Virus record (IMG/VR): IMGVR_UViG_3300045988_109268
Reading direction: 5' to 3' (one strand)
From: a virus
DNA: 40,854 nt
Positions 7,801 to 16,840 of the stretch are shown here, piece after piece. Made by a program: the position numbers and the translations under genes. How positions within the stretch are numbered: position 1 is the first letter of the stretch; each line of letters opens with the position of its first letter. The notes below the pieces were generated by a model, which saw only the letters and a list, made by a program, of their open reading frames with translations, did no database searches and was not told the origin of the DNA.

Positions 7801-9673
7801 CCTGCTGGATTCGTTTGACCTCTTCCGGCGAGACCGCAGAAGCGACCGTCACCGAGGCGATGGCCGACCAGCCGGACCGGTTGCCCGCATGGTCGACCGA
7901 CCTCAGCGCATAGGCGTGCCGGGAACCGGCTGTCAGACCGGTCACAAGATAATCGCCCCGACCGGACTGGGTGGCGCTGATGACGGTCATGCCGTCCGCA
8001 TTGACGCCCTCGCCGACCTCGACATGGTCGAAGTCCGATTCCATCTGAGCGCCAGTGCTTGTCCTGCCATCCCAATGGACGGTCACCACGCCAAGCTCAG
8101 ACGACAATACCGGCTTCGACGGCACGGAACACGGCGTCGTATCCGACTCCACAGTTGCCACGACGATGCCCGACCATTCGCCGAGCTTGTCCGAATATGT
8201 TGGCACAGCCCTGACGCGCACCTCGATTTGCGTGCCGCAATCCAAGCCGCCGAAACCGAGCTGCGTCTTATCGGTCGCGCCGGCGGAATGCCAGGGCGCA
8301 CCGTCCACGTGCCTGCGCCATTCGACGCGGTACGACGATATCTCGATGGCCGTGTCGTTCGTGGCCTGCGTGACCGCGCTCCACATGGCGGTCGCCAAAC
8401 CATAGGCGTACCCGTCGGACCCGATGTAGGCGTCGGTCTGCACCACCAGACCAGTCGGAGCATTCGGCACACGATGGTCCTTCTCGGGGGCGGGACGCCC
8501 GCCCTCGCTGCCGGCCAGTTGCGCGCCGCCGGTGATGCCGGCGATCTTCTTCGCGGCCCGCACCTGAGAGTCGTATACCTTGTCGTTGAGGGTAATCGAG
8601 GCCTTGAGTCCGTTGGAGTCGAGGCTGACGGTGACCTGTTGGATTCGCACCTTCTCGCCGTGCTGGACGGTGGGCGCGGTGATCCAGTCGCCGGGCCGGT
8701 AGTCCACCAACGGCAATGATTCGGCGTTGGTGACGAGCAGCGAGCGGGTGTACTGGCCGCGCACACGGGCCGCGCTGGCCAATGTGGTCTGCATGAACGC
8801 CTTGGCGGTGGCCTCGTCCGAGACTCCACCCTGAGAGACATAGGATTCCCAGCCACCCCACGGCGTGGGTGCCGCCGGATTCGACTCGCGGAAGATTAGC
8901 CCGTTGTCACCCTCCACGAGGATATCGCTGGAGAGGTCTTCGATGCTTTCCTCTTCGGGTGCCTCGAGTATGTCGTGCGCCATGCTGATGTGCACGCGGC
9001 CCGACAGGTCACGGCTGAGACTGGTGCTGTCGGCGTTCCAGATTCTGAGGGTGCGGCCCTCGGTGCGCCAGTCGATGGCACCGCCGCCCACCATGCTCGA
9101 AAGCATGCTGTTCAGGCTCGTGCCCAACGAGTAGTAGAGCGTGTACACGCTCTTCCAGTTCGCGCCAGCCGCGTCCTTGCCGGTGTCGAAACCGGGGGCC
9201 AAAACGAGGCCGGCACCCTTGCGGGCCTTGTTCTCATCGAGAATCGTTCTGATGATGGTGCCGGGGTTCTTCGACAGGAACGCGCGCTTGCCCTTGTTGT
9301 CGCCGTCCGCTATCAGATGCGCGGTGTCGTTGTTCAGAATCTTGTTGGCCAGCCAGCCCATGCTCTGGCAGGTGAGCGTCACCGTGTCCGACACGTCTTC
9401 GGCGTTGCGGGAGCGGCCTATGAGCAGGTAGCGGCAGTTGTAGGGTTCGCTCCATGTTCCGCCGTCACTGACCTCGAGCCCGATCTCGAGCCCCTGTTCG
9501 AGGCCGCGTTTCAGGATTCCGCCGCCGACGGTACGACGGCTGTAGACGACCTTGAGTGCTCCGAGGTCGTTGTTGACGATGCTCGCGTCCCATGAGAGCG
9601 GTGCGGGCAGGTTGCCGAGCCTGCCGCCGTTGGGCAGGTAGGCGACGAGGCGGGCGTGCAGTGTCTTGACCAT
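4847..9673 (-). CDS. Tail-associated (Tal-like) / tail fibre protein, 1608 aa
   Basis: ATG 9673 has GGAG upstream. The N-terminal region looks like a prophage tail (Tal) domain. It is followed by two FN3-like segments, a long Ala/Gln/Thr-rich coiled coil, ITA(D/E)KLxANxVT tail-fibre repeats, and a C-terminal globular domain. It is located after Dit. Confidence 0.8.
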   Translation of the reverse strand: MVKTLHARLVAYLPNGGRLGNLPAPLSWDASIVNNDLGALKVVYSRRTVGGGILKRGLEQGLEIGLEVSDGGTWSEPYNCRYLLIGRSRNAEDVSDTVTLTCQSMGWLANKILNNDTAHLIADGDNKGKRAFLSKNPGTIIRTILDENKARKGAGLVLAPGFDTGKDAAGANWKSVYTLYYSLGTSLNSMLSSMVGGGAIDWRTEGRTLRIWNADSTSLSRDLSGRVHISMAHDILEAPEEESIEDLSSDILVEGDNGLIFRESNPAAPTPWGGWESYVSQGGVSDEATAKAFMQTTLASAARVRGQYTRSLLVTNAESLPLVDYRPGDWITAPTVQHGEKVRIQQVTVSLDSNGLKASITLNDKVYDSQVRAAKKIAGITGGAQLAGSEGGRPAPEKDHRVPNAPTGLVVQTDAYIGSDGYAYGLATAMWSAVTQATNDTAIEISSYRVEWRRHVDGAPWHSAGATDKTQLGFGGLDCGTQIEVRVRAVPTYSDKLGEWSGIVVATVESDTTPCSVPSKPVLSSELGVVTVHWDGRTSTGAQMESDFDHVEVGEGVNADGMTVISATQSGRGDYLVTGLTAGSRHAYALRSVDHAGNRSGWSAIASVTVASAVSPEEVKRIQQDLADNKTALRDNAAKLTQAQKDIQANKSNLDAANQSLAQAKADLSQARKDIAQTKSDLTTANGEISKAKESAAQAYAEAHSKNHTFRGPDMPDASKGLIVGDLWLKTQKYWTRWQGEKNNSPSLLADFYTYWQGAPNASPSVLVPLADRVIDTLVWDGSKWNHMGYADVENNAKQIEQAKSDIADNAAKTTDAKKAAENAAAAAKNAQGTADTANGAAKTAQDTANAANAAAKSATATAGQAKDAANAAQTAAESAKKTAGNAQTLANTAKSDAASAKTDASDAKATASNASSVATQAKATANSAAQSATDAANAAQKANTAAAAAAGVANGKADVLIQSTAPDTSMRKPTTLWIDTTGGANTPKRWNGSTWSAVTDKAATDAANAAVKAHAAAQTAQSTADKAQTTAANAAAQANQAQAAAKKAQTTADGKNLIYRGPDEPNHDGLKPGDMWWRTQKYWTRWSGEKNNSPSMLADFYTYWTGAPNASPSVLVPLTDRVIEVLTWDGTRFTPFDLVANSILAAGTVGAKTVAANAITAEKLSANAVTAGKLAANSVTAEKLVADAVTAAKLAADSVQARNIVSLAITTDKLAANSVTTAKLRVTEDMTVALLNAHRIQAGDIVSGAITADKLAANAVNADKLAANSVNSSKIVSGAITTDKLATNSITAVKIAAGTITSDKVAAGQFRGYVFTGAIFQSSEAADTGVKLNSTALQMWDSSHNRTVYLDGEGKSNVLTGTFQTALTGKRIRVSPDFEQFAVGSDQTFEGSGIEFKTGRDGQHAYIASEIRSNRKGEISTLTFNGGLLGATDPGSFMRLGEYKATDNATKTGNVFLSAYRDYSKGGQGGYAQLFLQTDPTSKYHTIAELSAADTNGSVGLEADINSGYLYLGGFVGGYGNGRKTFATYYPRGGSLNAGGWITQTWTYDAPAKYGLYHAHVSADSMGSIAAGSNHDSPSGCNLWARGVGNGNGTPYGYQILAILAKQ

Positions 9674-9732
9674 AAGGGGACTCCAGACGTTGAAAACCGG
9701 CGCGGAAATTGCATAGAAGGGGAATACGGGGT

Positions 9733-10710
9733 CTACCACCATGCGCGGCGCACGTGCACGAGCAATGGCTCGCCGCTGCCGGTGATCTTCGACGTGAGCC
9801 GGTAGCCGTTGTCCACCGGGTTCGGCCAGCATTGCAGCAGGCCGCCCGCCGGATAATCCAAGCCGCCGGTCACGTCCGTGCCAGATTGCGTCCACTGATG
9901 ATCCGCCGTGGACTGCCATGCGAGGCAGTTGCCCACGTCCACATACGTGTAGGCGTTCGCGTTGGCCGCACCCTGCCAGATGACGCCCGTGTTCGACGTG
10001 GGGTCGGTGACCGAGGCGCTGCTCACGCCCTTGGGCAGCCGTATTATCGGATCGGTGACGGGCGCGTCACCGAACATGCCATCCGGTATGCCCGACGACA
10101 ACGGGATCAGCAGCGACGGCGAATTGTTCGTCTCACCAATCCACATGGTCACGAAATCCGCCATGAGACTGGTCGAATCGTTCGCCGCGCCACTCCAGCG
10201 CGTCCAGTATTCCTGCCGCCATTGCACGGCTGACGGCCACAGCCAGTCCGTTGTGTTCGCCGCCACCTGACGGTCATACGCGACCGGATCGCGCCACCAC
10301 ACCTGGGGCATGGCGAGCACCGCCGTGAACGGGGTGAGCCTGTCCAGCACGGTGCCTCCGTCGTCGGCCTCCAGACTGGCGAGCTCCACGACGGCCTGCT
10401 GTCTCCGCCCGTTGACCCGACGGCCCAATGTCAGGCTTGGTGCCGTGCACAGGCGCGCCAGGCGGCTCGAATCCAAACCCGCGGCATCAGCGCGGCCCAA
10501 TGCTCCCGCACGGAACGCGGTGACCTTGAGCGTCACGCTGCGTTCCTCGAACGATGGGGCGAAACCGGATGGTATCGTGCCATGCCGGAACGGGGCGCTG
10601 ACCTTGCTGCGGGACACGGAGACCCCAGCGAACAGGGTGCTGCCCAACGTGACCCGGCAATACTGGGAGTCGAGGGCCACGCCGTTGAGCGCGTAATCGA
10701 CACCGGCCAT
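9733..10710 (-). CDS. Distal tail protein (Dit) with C-terminal extension
   Basis: ATG 10710 is preceded by AAGGGGG. The gene lies immediately after the tape measure gene. It shares the W-rich module YWTRWSG...NNSPSLL with the fibre. Confidence 0.65.
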   Translation of the reverse strand: MAGVDYALNGVALDSQYCRVTLGSTLFAGVSVSRSKVSAPFRHGTIPSGFAPSFEERSVTLKVTAFRAGALGRADAAGLDSSRLARLCTAPSLTLGRRVNGRRQQAVVELASLEADDGGTVLDRLTPFTAVLAMPQVWWRDPVAYDRQVAANTTDWLWPSAVQWRQEYWTRWSGAANDSTSLMADFVTMWIGETNNSPSLLIPLSSGIPDGMFGDAPVTDPIIRLPKGVSSASVTDPTSNTGVIWQGAANANAYTYVDVGNCLAWQSTADHQWTQSGTDVTGGLDYPAGGLLQCWPNPVDNGYRLTSKITGSGEPLLVHVRRAWW

Positions 10711-10722
10711 AAGCAACCCCCT

Positions 10723-13356
10723 TTAGATTCCGACCGTCAGCTTGTCGAGACTGTCGTTCGTGGCGAGTGGCCACGGGTCGGCCTGCGGATAGTAGTTGGT
10801 GATGTTCACGTTCGACGCGCCCGCTTGCGGTTGCATGGCGTCCGTGGACGGCGTGTACACCATGCGCCGGTTCATCGTGGCCGCGTCGTACGTGCGGTTG
10901 GCGGGCAGCAGGTCGTTGATGTCGGGCATGAGCCCGCCGATCATGCTGCCCATGGAGGCGTTCACATAGCGTGCGGAAGCGTCGATGCCGTTGGCGAGGC
11001 CAAGGCCCATCATCATGCCGATCTGGTCGCGGAACAGGCGTGAGGGGGAGTGGATGCCGAGCATGCGCTTCACGTTGGCGATGGCGGCATTCATGCCGCC
11101 GAGAATCGCCGAGCCGACCCGGCCCATGCTGCCCATGATGCCGCTGACGATGCCCTCGACGATGTTGCGTCCGATGGACACCACACGGCCCGGTATCGAG
11201 GCGAGCGTGTTGACGATGTTGCTCAAAAACTGTCGTCCGGCGTTGAGCGCGCCCTGCCCCATCTGACCGGCGAAGGCCCCGACGTTCGATATCACGCCGC
11301 GCAGGTAGGCGGCGATGCATCCGGGCAGCTGAGATACGAACTGGATCACATTCCGTATGAAACTGCTGCCGGCCTGCGCCGCGTTCGACGCCATCTGTCC
11401 TGCCCAGTTGGCCGCGCCGGTCAGCACGTTCACGAGGAACGCCCATATCCTGCCGGGCAATTGGGAAATGAACGTGGCCATGTTGTTGAGGAACTGGCTT
11501 CCGGCCTCGCTGGCCTTGCCGGCCATCTGCGCCACCCAATTGGCCGTGTTCGTGACGGTGGCGACCAGCCAGTTCCAGATATTGCCTGGCAGCTGGGATA
11601 TAAACGTGCCCGCGTTCTGCACGAACTGTGTGCCAGCGTCGATGGCCTTCTGACCCATAAGCGCGACCCATGCGACCACGAACGTGATCGAATAGGACAG
11701 CCAGTAGGCAATCGTCTCAGGCAAGTGCGTGATGAAGTACACGACGTTCTGCACGAACTGGTTCCCGGCGGTCCACGCGGATTGCGCGAGACAGGTGGCC
11801 CATTCGCCCACAGCCGTGAGCAGGTTCGACAATGCGCTGCCGATACGTTCCGGCAGCCGCTGAAACCATTGGACGACGGACTGGAACGCATTGGGAAGCG
11901 TCTGCGTGAAGAAGTTCGCGATGTTCTGGCCGAGACTGGTGACGGCATCGACCGTCTTCTGCCATGCAGAGGAGACGAACGACGTGAACGCCGCCCACGC
12001 CTTGCGACCCGTCTCAGTCTGCGTGAAGAACCAGACCAGTGCGGCGACCAGCGCCGATATCGCGGTGACGACCAGCATGATTGGGTTCGCGTTCATAGCC
12101 GCGTTCAACAGCCACTGCTTTGCGGCGGCGACGGTGTCAGCGAGGCTGAACGCCTTGATGAAGCCGACCACGGTCGTGATGATCGAGAACAGCTTGAACG
12201 CGCCATATCCCGCCATGACCGCGACCGCGAGCGCCTGCATCCAGTCGGCGTTCTGCTGGACGAACGTGCCGACCGACTGGAGCATGCCGCCGATGCTGCC
12301 CAGAATATTGGAGAGCTGCTGGGCGGCCCCGCCGGCACTGTACGCGCCGCCGGTGAGGCCGAGCAGGCTGCCGATGACGCCGGCGAACGGGCCGACGACC
12401 GAACCGACCGCGCCGGCGATGCTTTTCACCCCGTTGGCGAACGTCTGCACGCCCTCGGTTTTCATGAGCGCGCCCGTGAAGTCGTTCACCCACTGCATCG
12501 CCTTGCCGATGCCGTCGCCCAACGCAGTGACCGCTCCGGTGATGTACGGTTTGACGGTGTTGACGATGTTCGCCGCACCGTCCACGATGGTGGCCTCGAG
12601 ATTGCCGAACGCGCCCTCGAACGTCTGCGTGCTTTCCGCCGCCTTGATGGCACCGTCGTTCATGCCCAGTTGCATGAGCGCGTCGTTGAACTCCTGTGAG
12701 GTGATCTCGCCTTTTGCCATCGCGTCGCGGAAGTTGCCAGTGTACGCGCCGTTCTTGAGCATCGCCTCCTGGAGCTTGCCCGAAGCGCCTGGGATCGCGT
12801 CGGCCAGCTGGTTCCAGTTCTCCGTGGTCAGCTTGCCTGCGCCGGCGGTCTGGGTGAGCATCATCGCGACGCTTTTGAACGTTTCGCTGTTGCCGCCCGC
12901 GACCGCGTTCAGGTTGCCGGCCGCTTCGGCGAGCTTGTCGTAGTTCGGCACGCCGTTGGCGGCCAGCTGGGCGGTGGTGTTGCGGATGTCGTCGATGCCG
13001 TAGACGGTCTTGTTCGCGTACTCCTGCGTGGACGTGGTCAGTTTCTTGATCTGGTCGGCCCCGACGCCGGCGAAGTCCAGTGTCTGTGCGAACTTCTGGG
13101 TCGAATCCGATGCGTCGAGGATCTGCCCGGACAGGCCGGAGAACACGCCGATGACCTTCGTGGCGATGCTGGATGCGGCACCGCTGATCACGCCGAGCTT
13201 CGCGGAGAATCCCCTGGAGAAGCCGCCGCCGGCGGTGTCGCCGGCTTTCTGGCCGACCGATTTGGATGGCCCGTCGAACGCGCTTTCGATGGCCTTGCCC
13301 ACGCCCTTCATGCTGGGCACGATCTGCACGTACGCCTGGGCCAGCTGGTATGCCAT
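10723..13356 (-). CDS. Tape measure protein
   Basis: About 877 aa, rich in Gly/Ala/hydrophobic residues, with internal tandem repeats. It follows the G/GT chaperones. The start is 13356 or 13362. Confidence 0.9.
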   Translation of the reverse strand: MAYQLAQAYVQIVPSMKGVGKAIESAFDGPSKSVGQKAGDTAGGGFSRGFSAKLGVISGAASSIATKVIGVFSGLSGQILDASDSTQKFAQTLDFAGVGADQIKKLTTSTQEYANKTVYGIDDIRNTTAQLAANGVPNYDKLAEAAGNLNAVAGGNSETFKSVAMMLTQTAGAGKLTTENWNQLADAIPGASGKLQEAMLKNGAYTGNFRDAMAKGEITSQEFNDALMQLGMNDGAIKAAESTQTFEGAFGNLEATIVDGAANIVNTVKPYITGAVTALGDGIGKAMQWVNDFTGALMKTEGVQTFANGVKSIAGAVGSVVGPFAGVIGSLLGLTGGAYSAGGAAQQLSNILGSIGGMLQSVGTFVQQNADWMQALAVAVMAGYGAFKLFSIITTVVGFIKAFSLADTVAAAKQWLLNAAMNANPIMLVVTAISALVAALVWFFTQTETGRKAWAAFTSFVSSAWQKTVDAVTSLGQNIANFFTQTLPNAFQSVVQWFQRLPERIGSALSNLLTAVGEWATCLAQSAWTAGNQFVQNVVYFITHLPETIAYWLSYSITFVVAWVALMGQKAIDAGTQFVQNAGTFISQLPGNIWNWLVATVTNTANWVAQMAGKASEAGSQFLNNMATFISQLPGRIWAFLVNVLTGAANWAGQMASNAAQAGSSFIRNVIQFVSQLPGCIAAYLRGVISNVGAFAGQMGQGALNAGRQFLSNIVNTLASIPGRVVSIGRNIVEGIVSGIMGSMGRVGSAILGGMNAAIANVKRMLGIHSPSRLFRDQIGMMMGLGLANGIDASARYVNASMGSMIGGLMPDINDLLPANRTYDAATMNRRMVYTPSTDAMQPQAGASNVNITNYYPQADPWPLATNDSLDKLTVGI
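11150..11810 (-). repeat. 4-5 tandem repeats of about 132 nt (44 aa) inside the tape measure gene
   Basis: Repeat units are G(T/S)QF(V/L)xNxxxFISQLPGxIWxxLVxxxTxxANWxxQMAxxAxxA. Coordinates are approximate. Confidence 0.6.
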
Positions 13357-13380
13357 GACCATGCCTCTCTATTCAGTTAT

Positions 13381-14198
13381 TCACTCGTTGTGGGTGAAGG
13401 GTTTCGTCTCCACGTCCGTGAAGTCGCGGCTCATGAACTCGTCGAGCTGTTCGATGGTCAGGGCCATGGGCTTGATGGTGCGCGTCCTGCGCGTTGCTTC
13501 CCCGGAGTCCTCCGGATTGGAGGGGTTCGCGACGGCATGGCCGCTTCCGTTGCCGGGTCGTGGCAGCGGTTCGGGTTGTGGGCCGCGTTTCTTCGGGTCG
13601 GCGTTGCCCCACATCCACATGTTCATCTGGTCGATCCGCGCGGCCATCAGATACTGGTCGAGCGTCCAGGCGGCCGGAACGTCCAGCCTCTGCCACACCA
13701 GTGAGCCCGCAGGCAGGTTCACCGCCAGCGCTGCCGCTTCCAATGGATCCAGCTCATAGACGCTAAGCCCGTATACGCGCCGCATGTCCGCCGCCAACTG
13801 GTCGGGGCAGGCATGCAGCAGGTATACGAGCGTCAGGAGTTTGGGGATTCCTCGTTCAGACGCGCGAACAGTTCCTGCAGGAACTCGCCCATGGCGTCTC
13901 CGGTGATGCGTCCGGTTTCGGGGTCGCGCAGACGGTTCTTGATGCGCCCGTAGTCCTTGGCTGAGAACATGCCGCGCAGGAACGGTACCACGCTCAGCGC
14001 ATTGTTCTGTGGGTCGGACTGGAGGTCGTAGAGGGATTCCATGAGCTCCCAGTCGTTGAGCTTGGCCGGGTCCAGTGTCAGGACGAGCCCTTTGACGGTG
14101 ACGGTGCGTGGCTTGCCCTGCGCGGGCTTGTGATCCTGCGGACGGCTGCCGGGAACATTGTTGGCGGGGTTGCCGGAACGGTGGCGGTTTCGTGACAT
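13381..14198 (-). CDS. Tail assembly chaperone G-T fusion, made by -1 programmed frameshift
   Basis: The -1 frame is open from the heptamer CCCAAAC through 13381, continuing as ...IPKLLTLVYLLHACPDQLAADMRRVYG... Confidence 0.75.
13833..14198 (-). CDS. Tail assembly chaperone G
   Basis: 121 aa, with ATG 14198 preceded by GGAGAAG. It lies between the major tail and tape measure genes and ends 6 nt after a slippery heptamer. Confidence 0.8.
   Translation of the reverse strand: MSRNRHRSGNPANNVPGSRPQDHKPAQGKPRTVTVKGLVLTLDPAKLNDWELMESLYDLQSDPQNNALSVVPFLRGMFSAKDYGRIKNRLRDPETGRITGDAMGEFLQELFARLNEESPNS
13839..13845 (-). promoter_or_regulatory. -1 slippery heptamer C CCA AAC (X XXY YYZ)
   Basis: Read in the G frame as TCC CCA AAC TCC TGA. 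The pattern and position are canonical. Confidence 0.75.
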
Positions 14199-14244
14199 GA
14201 TGACTTCTCCAAAAGACTAGTGAAAACGACTTCCACGGTTGAAC

Positions 14245-14299
14245 GAAGAAAAGGTTCCCGCGTCGTGGGAAGTCGTTCGAAGCGCGACGCGGGAAGAAC
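14245..14299 (-). terminator. Intrinsic terminator/attenuator after the major tail gene
   Basis: The minus strand has TTCCCGCGTCG...CGACGCGGGAA (11-bp stem) followed by CCTTTTCTTC. An overlapping alternative hairpin AACGACTTCC/GGAAGTCGTT is also possible. Confidence 0.6.
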
Positions 14300-14301
14300 C
14301 G

Positions 14302-14976
14302 TCATTCGGCGGCCGGAACCTCTTCGGCGGTTTCGGCGTTCTCGTCGCCGTTGGCCGGGTCGACGACCTTGCCGAGCAGGGCCTCGGTGACGGCGGCGAT
14401 CTCGCTGGCAGCCGTGGCCCTGCCGATGTATTCGATGGCGGTGACCCCGTTGCCCATGTCGTTTGCGGACACGGTGACGTCGTACACCTGCGCGTCGCCG
14501 GCATGCACCTGGCGGTCGCCGAACTCGGCGCGCGTGCCGTTGCCGATCACGAGGCGGTCCTTCACATTGCCGCTCATCGCGATTTCGAACACGAGCACGA
14601 AGTCCTCGTCGGAGGGCATCTGGTGCTTGATGGTCATGCTCTTGTCCGTGCCGGTGACCGCGTCCGAGTTGTAGCGCATCTTGGCGGCCTCGGCGCGCAG
14701 CACCTCCAGCAGCGCGAACTGGTAGGACTCGGCGTAGCTGGTGATGACCTTCATCACGGTCGTGCCGTTGGCGTCCTTGATCTCGGTGGTGTCGGTGTCG
14801 GTCGTGTTGGTCAGACCGTCCTCGGACAGGTAGCCGAGCAGCTTGAACGCCGCGGCCAGCGGGGTGGAGGAATCGGTGGGCAGCGCGGTGCCGGACGGTG
14901 CCCAGTAGGCGTAGCCGCCGACCTTGAATTTGCCCAGCGACACCATGGTGGAATCGTTGGTTGTGGAACCAGCCAT
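14302..14976 (-). CDS. Major tail protein
   Basis: 224 aa with an acidic C-terminus. It lies after the connector genes and before the chaperones, and it is followed by a terminator. Confidence 0.8.
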   Translation of the reverse strand: MAGSTTNDSTMVSLGKFKVGGYAYWAPSGTALPTDSSTPLAAAFKLLGYLSEDGLTNTTDTDTTEIKDANGTTVMKVITSYAESYQFALLEVLRAEAAKMRYNSDAVTGTDKSMTIKHQMPSDEDFVLVFEIAMSGNVKDRLVIGNGTRAEFGDRQVHAGDAQVYDVTVSANDMGNGVTAIEYIGRATAASEIAAVTEALLGKVVDPANGDENAETAEEVPAAE

Positions 14977-14991
14977 GATTTAGACCTTTCG

Positions 14992-15369
14992 TTAGTCGTC
15001 TGATTTGACGGTGAGTTGTATGAGTATCTGGTAGCGGGGCCGCCCGTCCGGCATGGGGAAATGCGTGCGGCCGGCGATGTCGATGTCGGCGACCTCGGGC
15101 AACTCCGTTATGCGTTTGAGGCGGGGGAGTATGAGTTTCGCCGCGGCCTCGGAGACCAGCCAGCGCGACTCGCCCCACACCTGCACCGCGATAAGCGGCA
15201 GGCTGCGGAACCGTTCGTCCGAGCCTCCCACCTGTTCGACGGTGACGAACGGCAGCGGGTGCGTGGCCGATGATCCGGCGGGCACGTCGAAACTGGCCGG
15301 ATATTCGGCCTTGATCGTCGGGTCCGCGTTGAGCCAGTCCATGACGAGTTTTTCAGCGTTCACGGCCAT
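14992..15369 (-). CDS. Tail terminator / tail completion protein
   Basis: 125 aa. The call rests on synteny (last connector gene before the major tail) and on a 1-nt overlap with the upstream gene. Confidence 0.6.
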   Translation of the reverse strand: MAVNAEKLVMDWLNADPTIKAEYPASFDVPAGSSATHPLPFVTVEQVGGSDERFRSLPLIAVQVWGESRWLVSEAAAKLILPRLKRITELPEVADIDIAGRTHFPMPDGRPRYQILIQLTVKSDD

Positions 15370-15641
15370 CAGCCGCCACCTCCCAACGCCTTGGCCAACG
15401 TGTTGTGGGCCGCGTTATCGACGCGCGCGGCGGTGTTCTCCGTGTGCACGAGCGCGGTGACTCCCTCGGGGCTTGGCTGAGGGCCCAACGCCGTATACAT
15501 GGGCTGGCCCGCGTGTGTGGGCGAGCCCATGGCGTTCGCCCTCGCCGCGAGCTTCCGAGCCTCGCCTATGGCGGCCTTGGAACCCTCGTTGCGCCGGTAT
15601 GCCTGAAACGCCGAATAATTCAGTTTCACCATCTTGACCAT
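15369..15641 (-). CDS. Head-tail connector (HK97 gp10-like neck protein)
   Basis: ATG 15641 is preceded by GGAGGG. 90 aa. The call rests on synteny. Confidence 0.5.
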   Translation of the reverse strand: MVKMVKLNYSAFQAYRRNEGSKAAIGEARKLAARANAMGSPTHAGQPMYTALGPQPSPEGVTALVHTENTAARVDNAAHNTLAKALGGGG

Positions 15642-15643
15642 GG

Positions 15644-15982
15644 TTATCCCTCCGTGTCGGTGACTTCGACCTTGAGGTTCCATGCGGTCGGCTTCATGCC
15701 GCCGTCCAAAGGCCTCGGGTCTCCGACCACCTTGTAGTCATGGGAATCGATGCGCACCATCGCCCCGCGCAGACTCCGGTATGCGTAGCTGCGGGGGAAG
15801 AAGCAGGTGAATGCAACGGTCACGCCGTCAGGTCGAATCGAGTCGGTGGCGTTGCTCATCGCGCCGGGCGAGACAAGCACGTTGCCAACCGACTCGATAT
15901 CAACCTTGGTGACTGGCGAGCCGCCGGGGTCTGTCCCACCGGTGGACGTGTAGCGCAGCACCTTCACGGTCTCGCCCCTCAT
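15644..15982 (-). CDS. Head closure / head-tail adaptor protein
   Basis: ATG 15982 (ATGA overlap) is preceded by GGGGAGG. 112 aa with a beta-rich sequence. The call rests on synteny. Confidence 0.55.
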   Translation of the reverse strand: MRGETVKVLRYTSTGGTDPGGSPVTKVDIESVGNVLVSPGAMSNATDSIRPDGVTVAFTCFFPRSYAYRSLRGAMVRIDSHDYKVVGDPRPLDGGMKPTAWNLKVEVTDTEG

Positions 15983-16386
15983 GACGCCTCCCCGCTCGAC
16001 AGGTCGACGCTGTAAAAGCGTTGGCCGGTGAGCCCAAGCGCCTTCTTCTGTCCCTTGGACAGATAGAATTCGCCGCGAGGGTTCGAGAACGTCATGGACT
16101 GGGTGAAACTGCCCGCCGTGAGACTGAGATTGCTGGCACCGGTCGTATCGAAACCGGCACCCTCGGTCTGCATGTCGGACGAGATCACATCCTTGGCGAG
16201 CTCGCAGGCGATGCGTTCCAACGTGGCGGATGCGATATCGCGCCATCCGGGACACTGCTCGCGAATGAACTGCGATGCATCAGCCAGCCGCTGGTCAACA
16301 TAATCCGGGTCGTCCGGCATCTGCTTCCAGCGTTTGGACAATTCCGTGTGGGTGGCGAATGGGTTTTCTTCCGTTTCGTCGGCCAT
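15979..16386 (-). CDS. Head-tail connector (gp6-like)
   Basis: ATG 16386 is preceded by GGGGAGG. 135 aa. The call rests on synteny after the capsid genes. Confidence 0.55.
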   Translation of the reverse strand: MADETEENPFATHTELSKRWKQMPDDPDYVDQRLADASQFIREQCPGWRDIASATLERIACELAKDVISSDMQTEGAGFDTTGASNLSLTAGSFTQSMTFSNPRGEFYLSKGQKKALGLTGQRFYSVDLSSGEAS

Positions 16387-16402
16387 AACACACCTCCCCA
16401 CG

Positions 16403-16840
16403 TCAGGCGGCGATGACACCGATCGCGCGCAACTGGGTGAGGATGCTGTTGACCTTCGTGGCGATGGTCGCCGCATCCGCGGAGGCTGCGAGGTCCGGAA
16501 TCGCGGCACCCTTCTTGACGCCACCCAACGCCGCAGCCGTGGCTGCGGGAAGCGTGTAGGCTGGCGGAATCGTCGGCTTGTTCAACAGGTCGTTGTAGCT
16601 TCCACTGAAGCTGGACGTTCCCGCGCCAATGGCCTTGCGCGCCTCCGCCGCATCCGTGGCCTTGAGCACCGCCTTGCCGGTGCCGGTGGCGCCAGCAAGC
16701 GTGTCGACGGTGGGAGCGCCGCCTACATCGACCGGATTGCCTTCCCCGTCAAAAACGGCCACCTGAGCGATAATCTCGCCGTCAGTCGGCTTCGGTTGAC
16801 GCACGAACTGTATCTGCTTGTTCAGTCCCATGGCCATCAC
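16403..16840 (-). CDS. Small structural protein (head fibre/decoration-like)
   Basis: 145 aa, ATGA-coupled to the capsid gene. It contains the GSYNDLLNKPTIP motif common in phage fibre-like proteins. Confidence 0.45.
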   Translation of the reverse strand: MMAMGLNKQIQFVRQPKPTDGEIIAQVAVFDGEGNPVDVGGAPTVDTLAGATGTGKAVLKATDAAEARKAIGAGTSSFSGSYNDLLNKPTIPPAYTLPAATAAALGGVKKGAAIPDLAASADAATIATKVNSILTQLRAIGVIAA

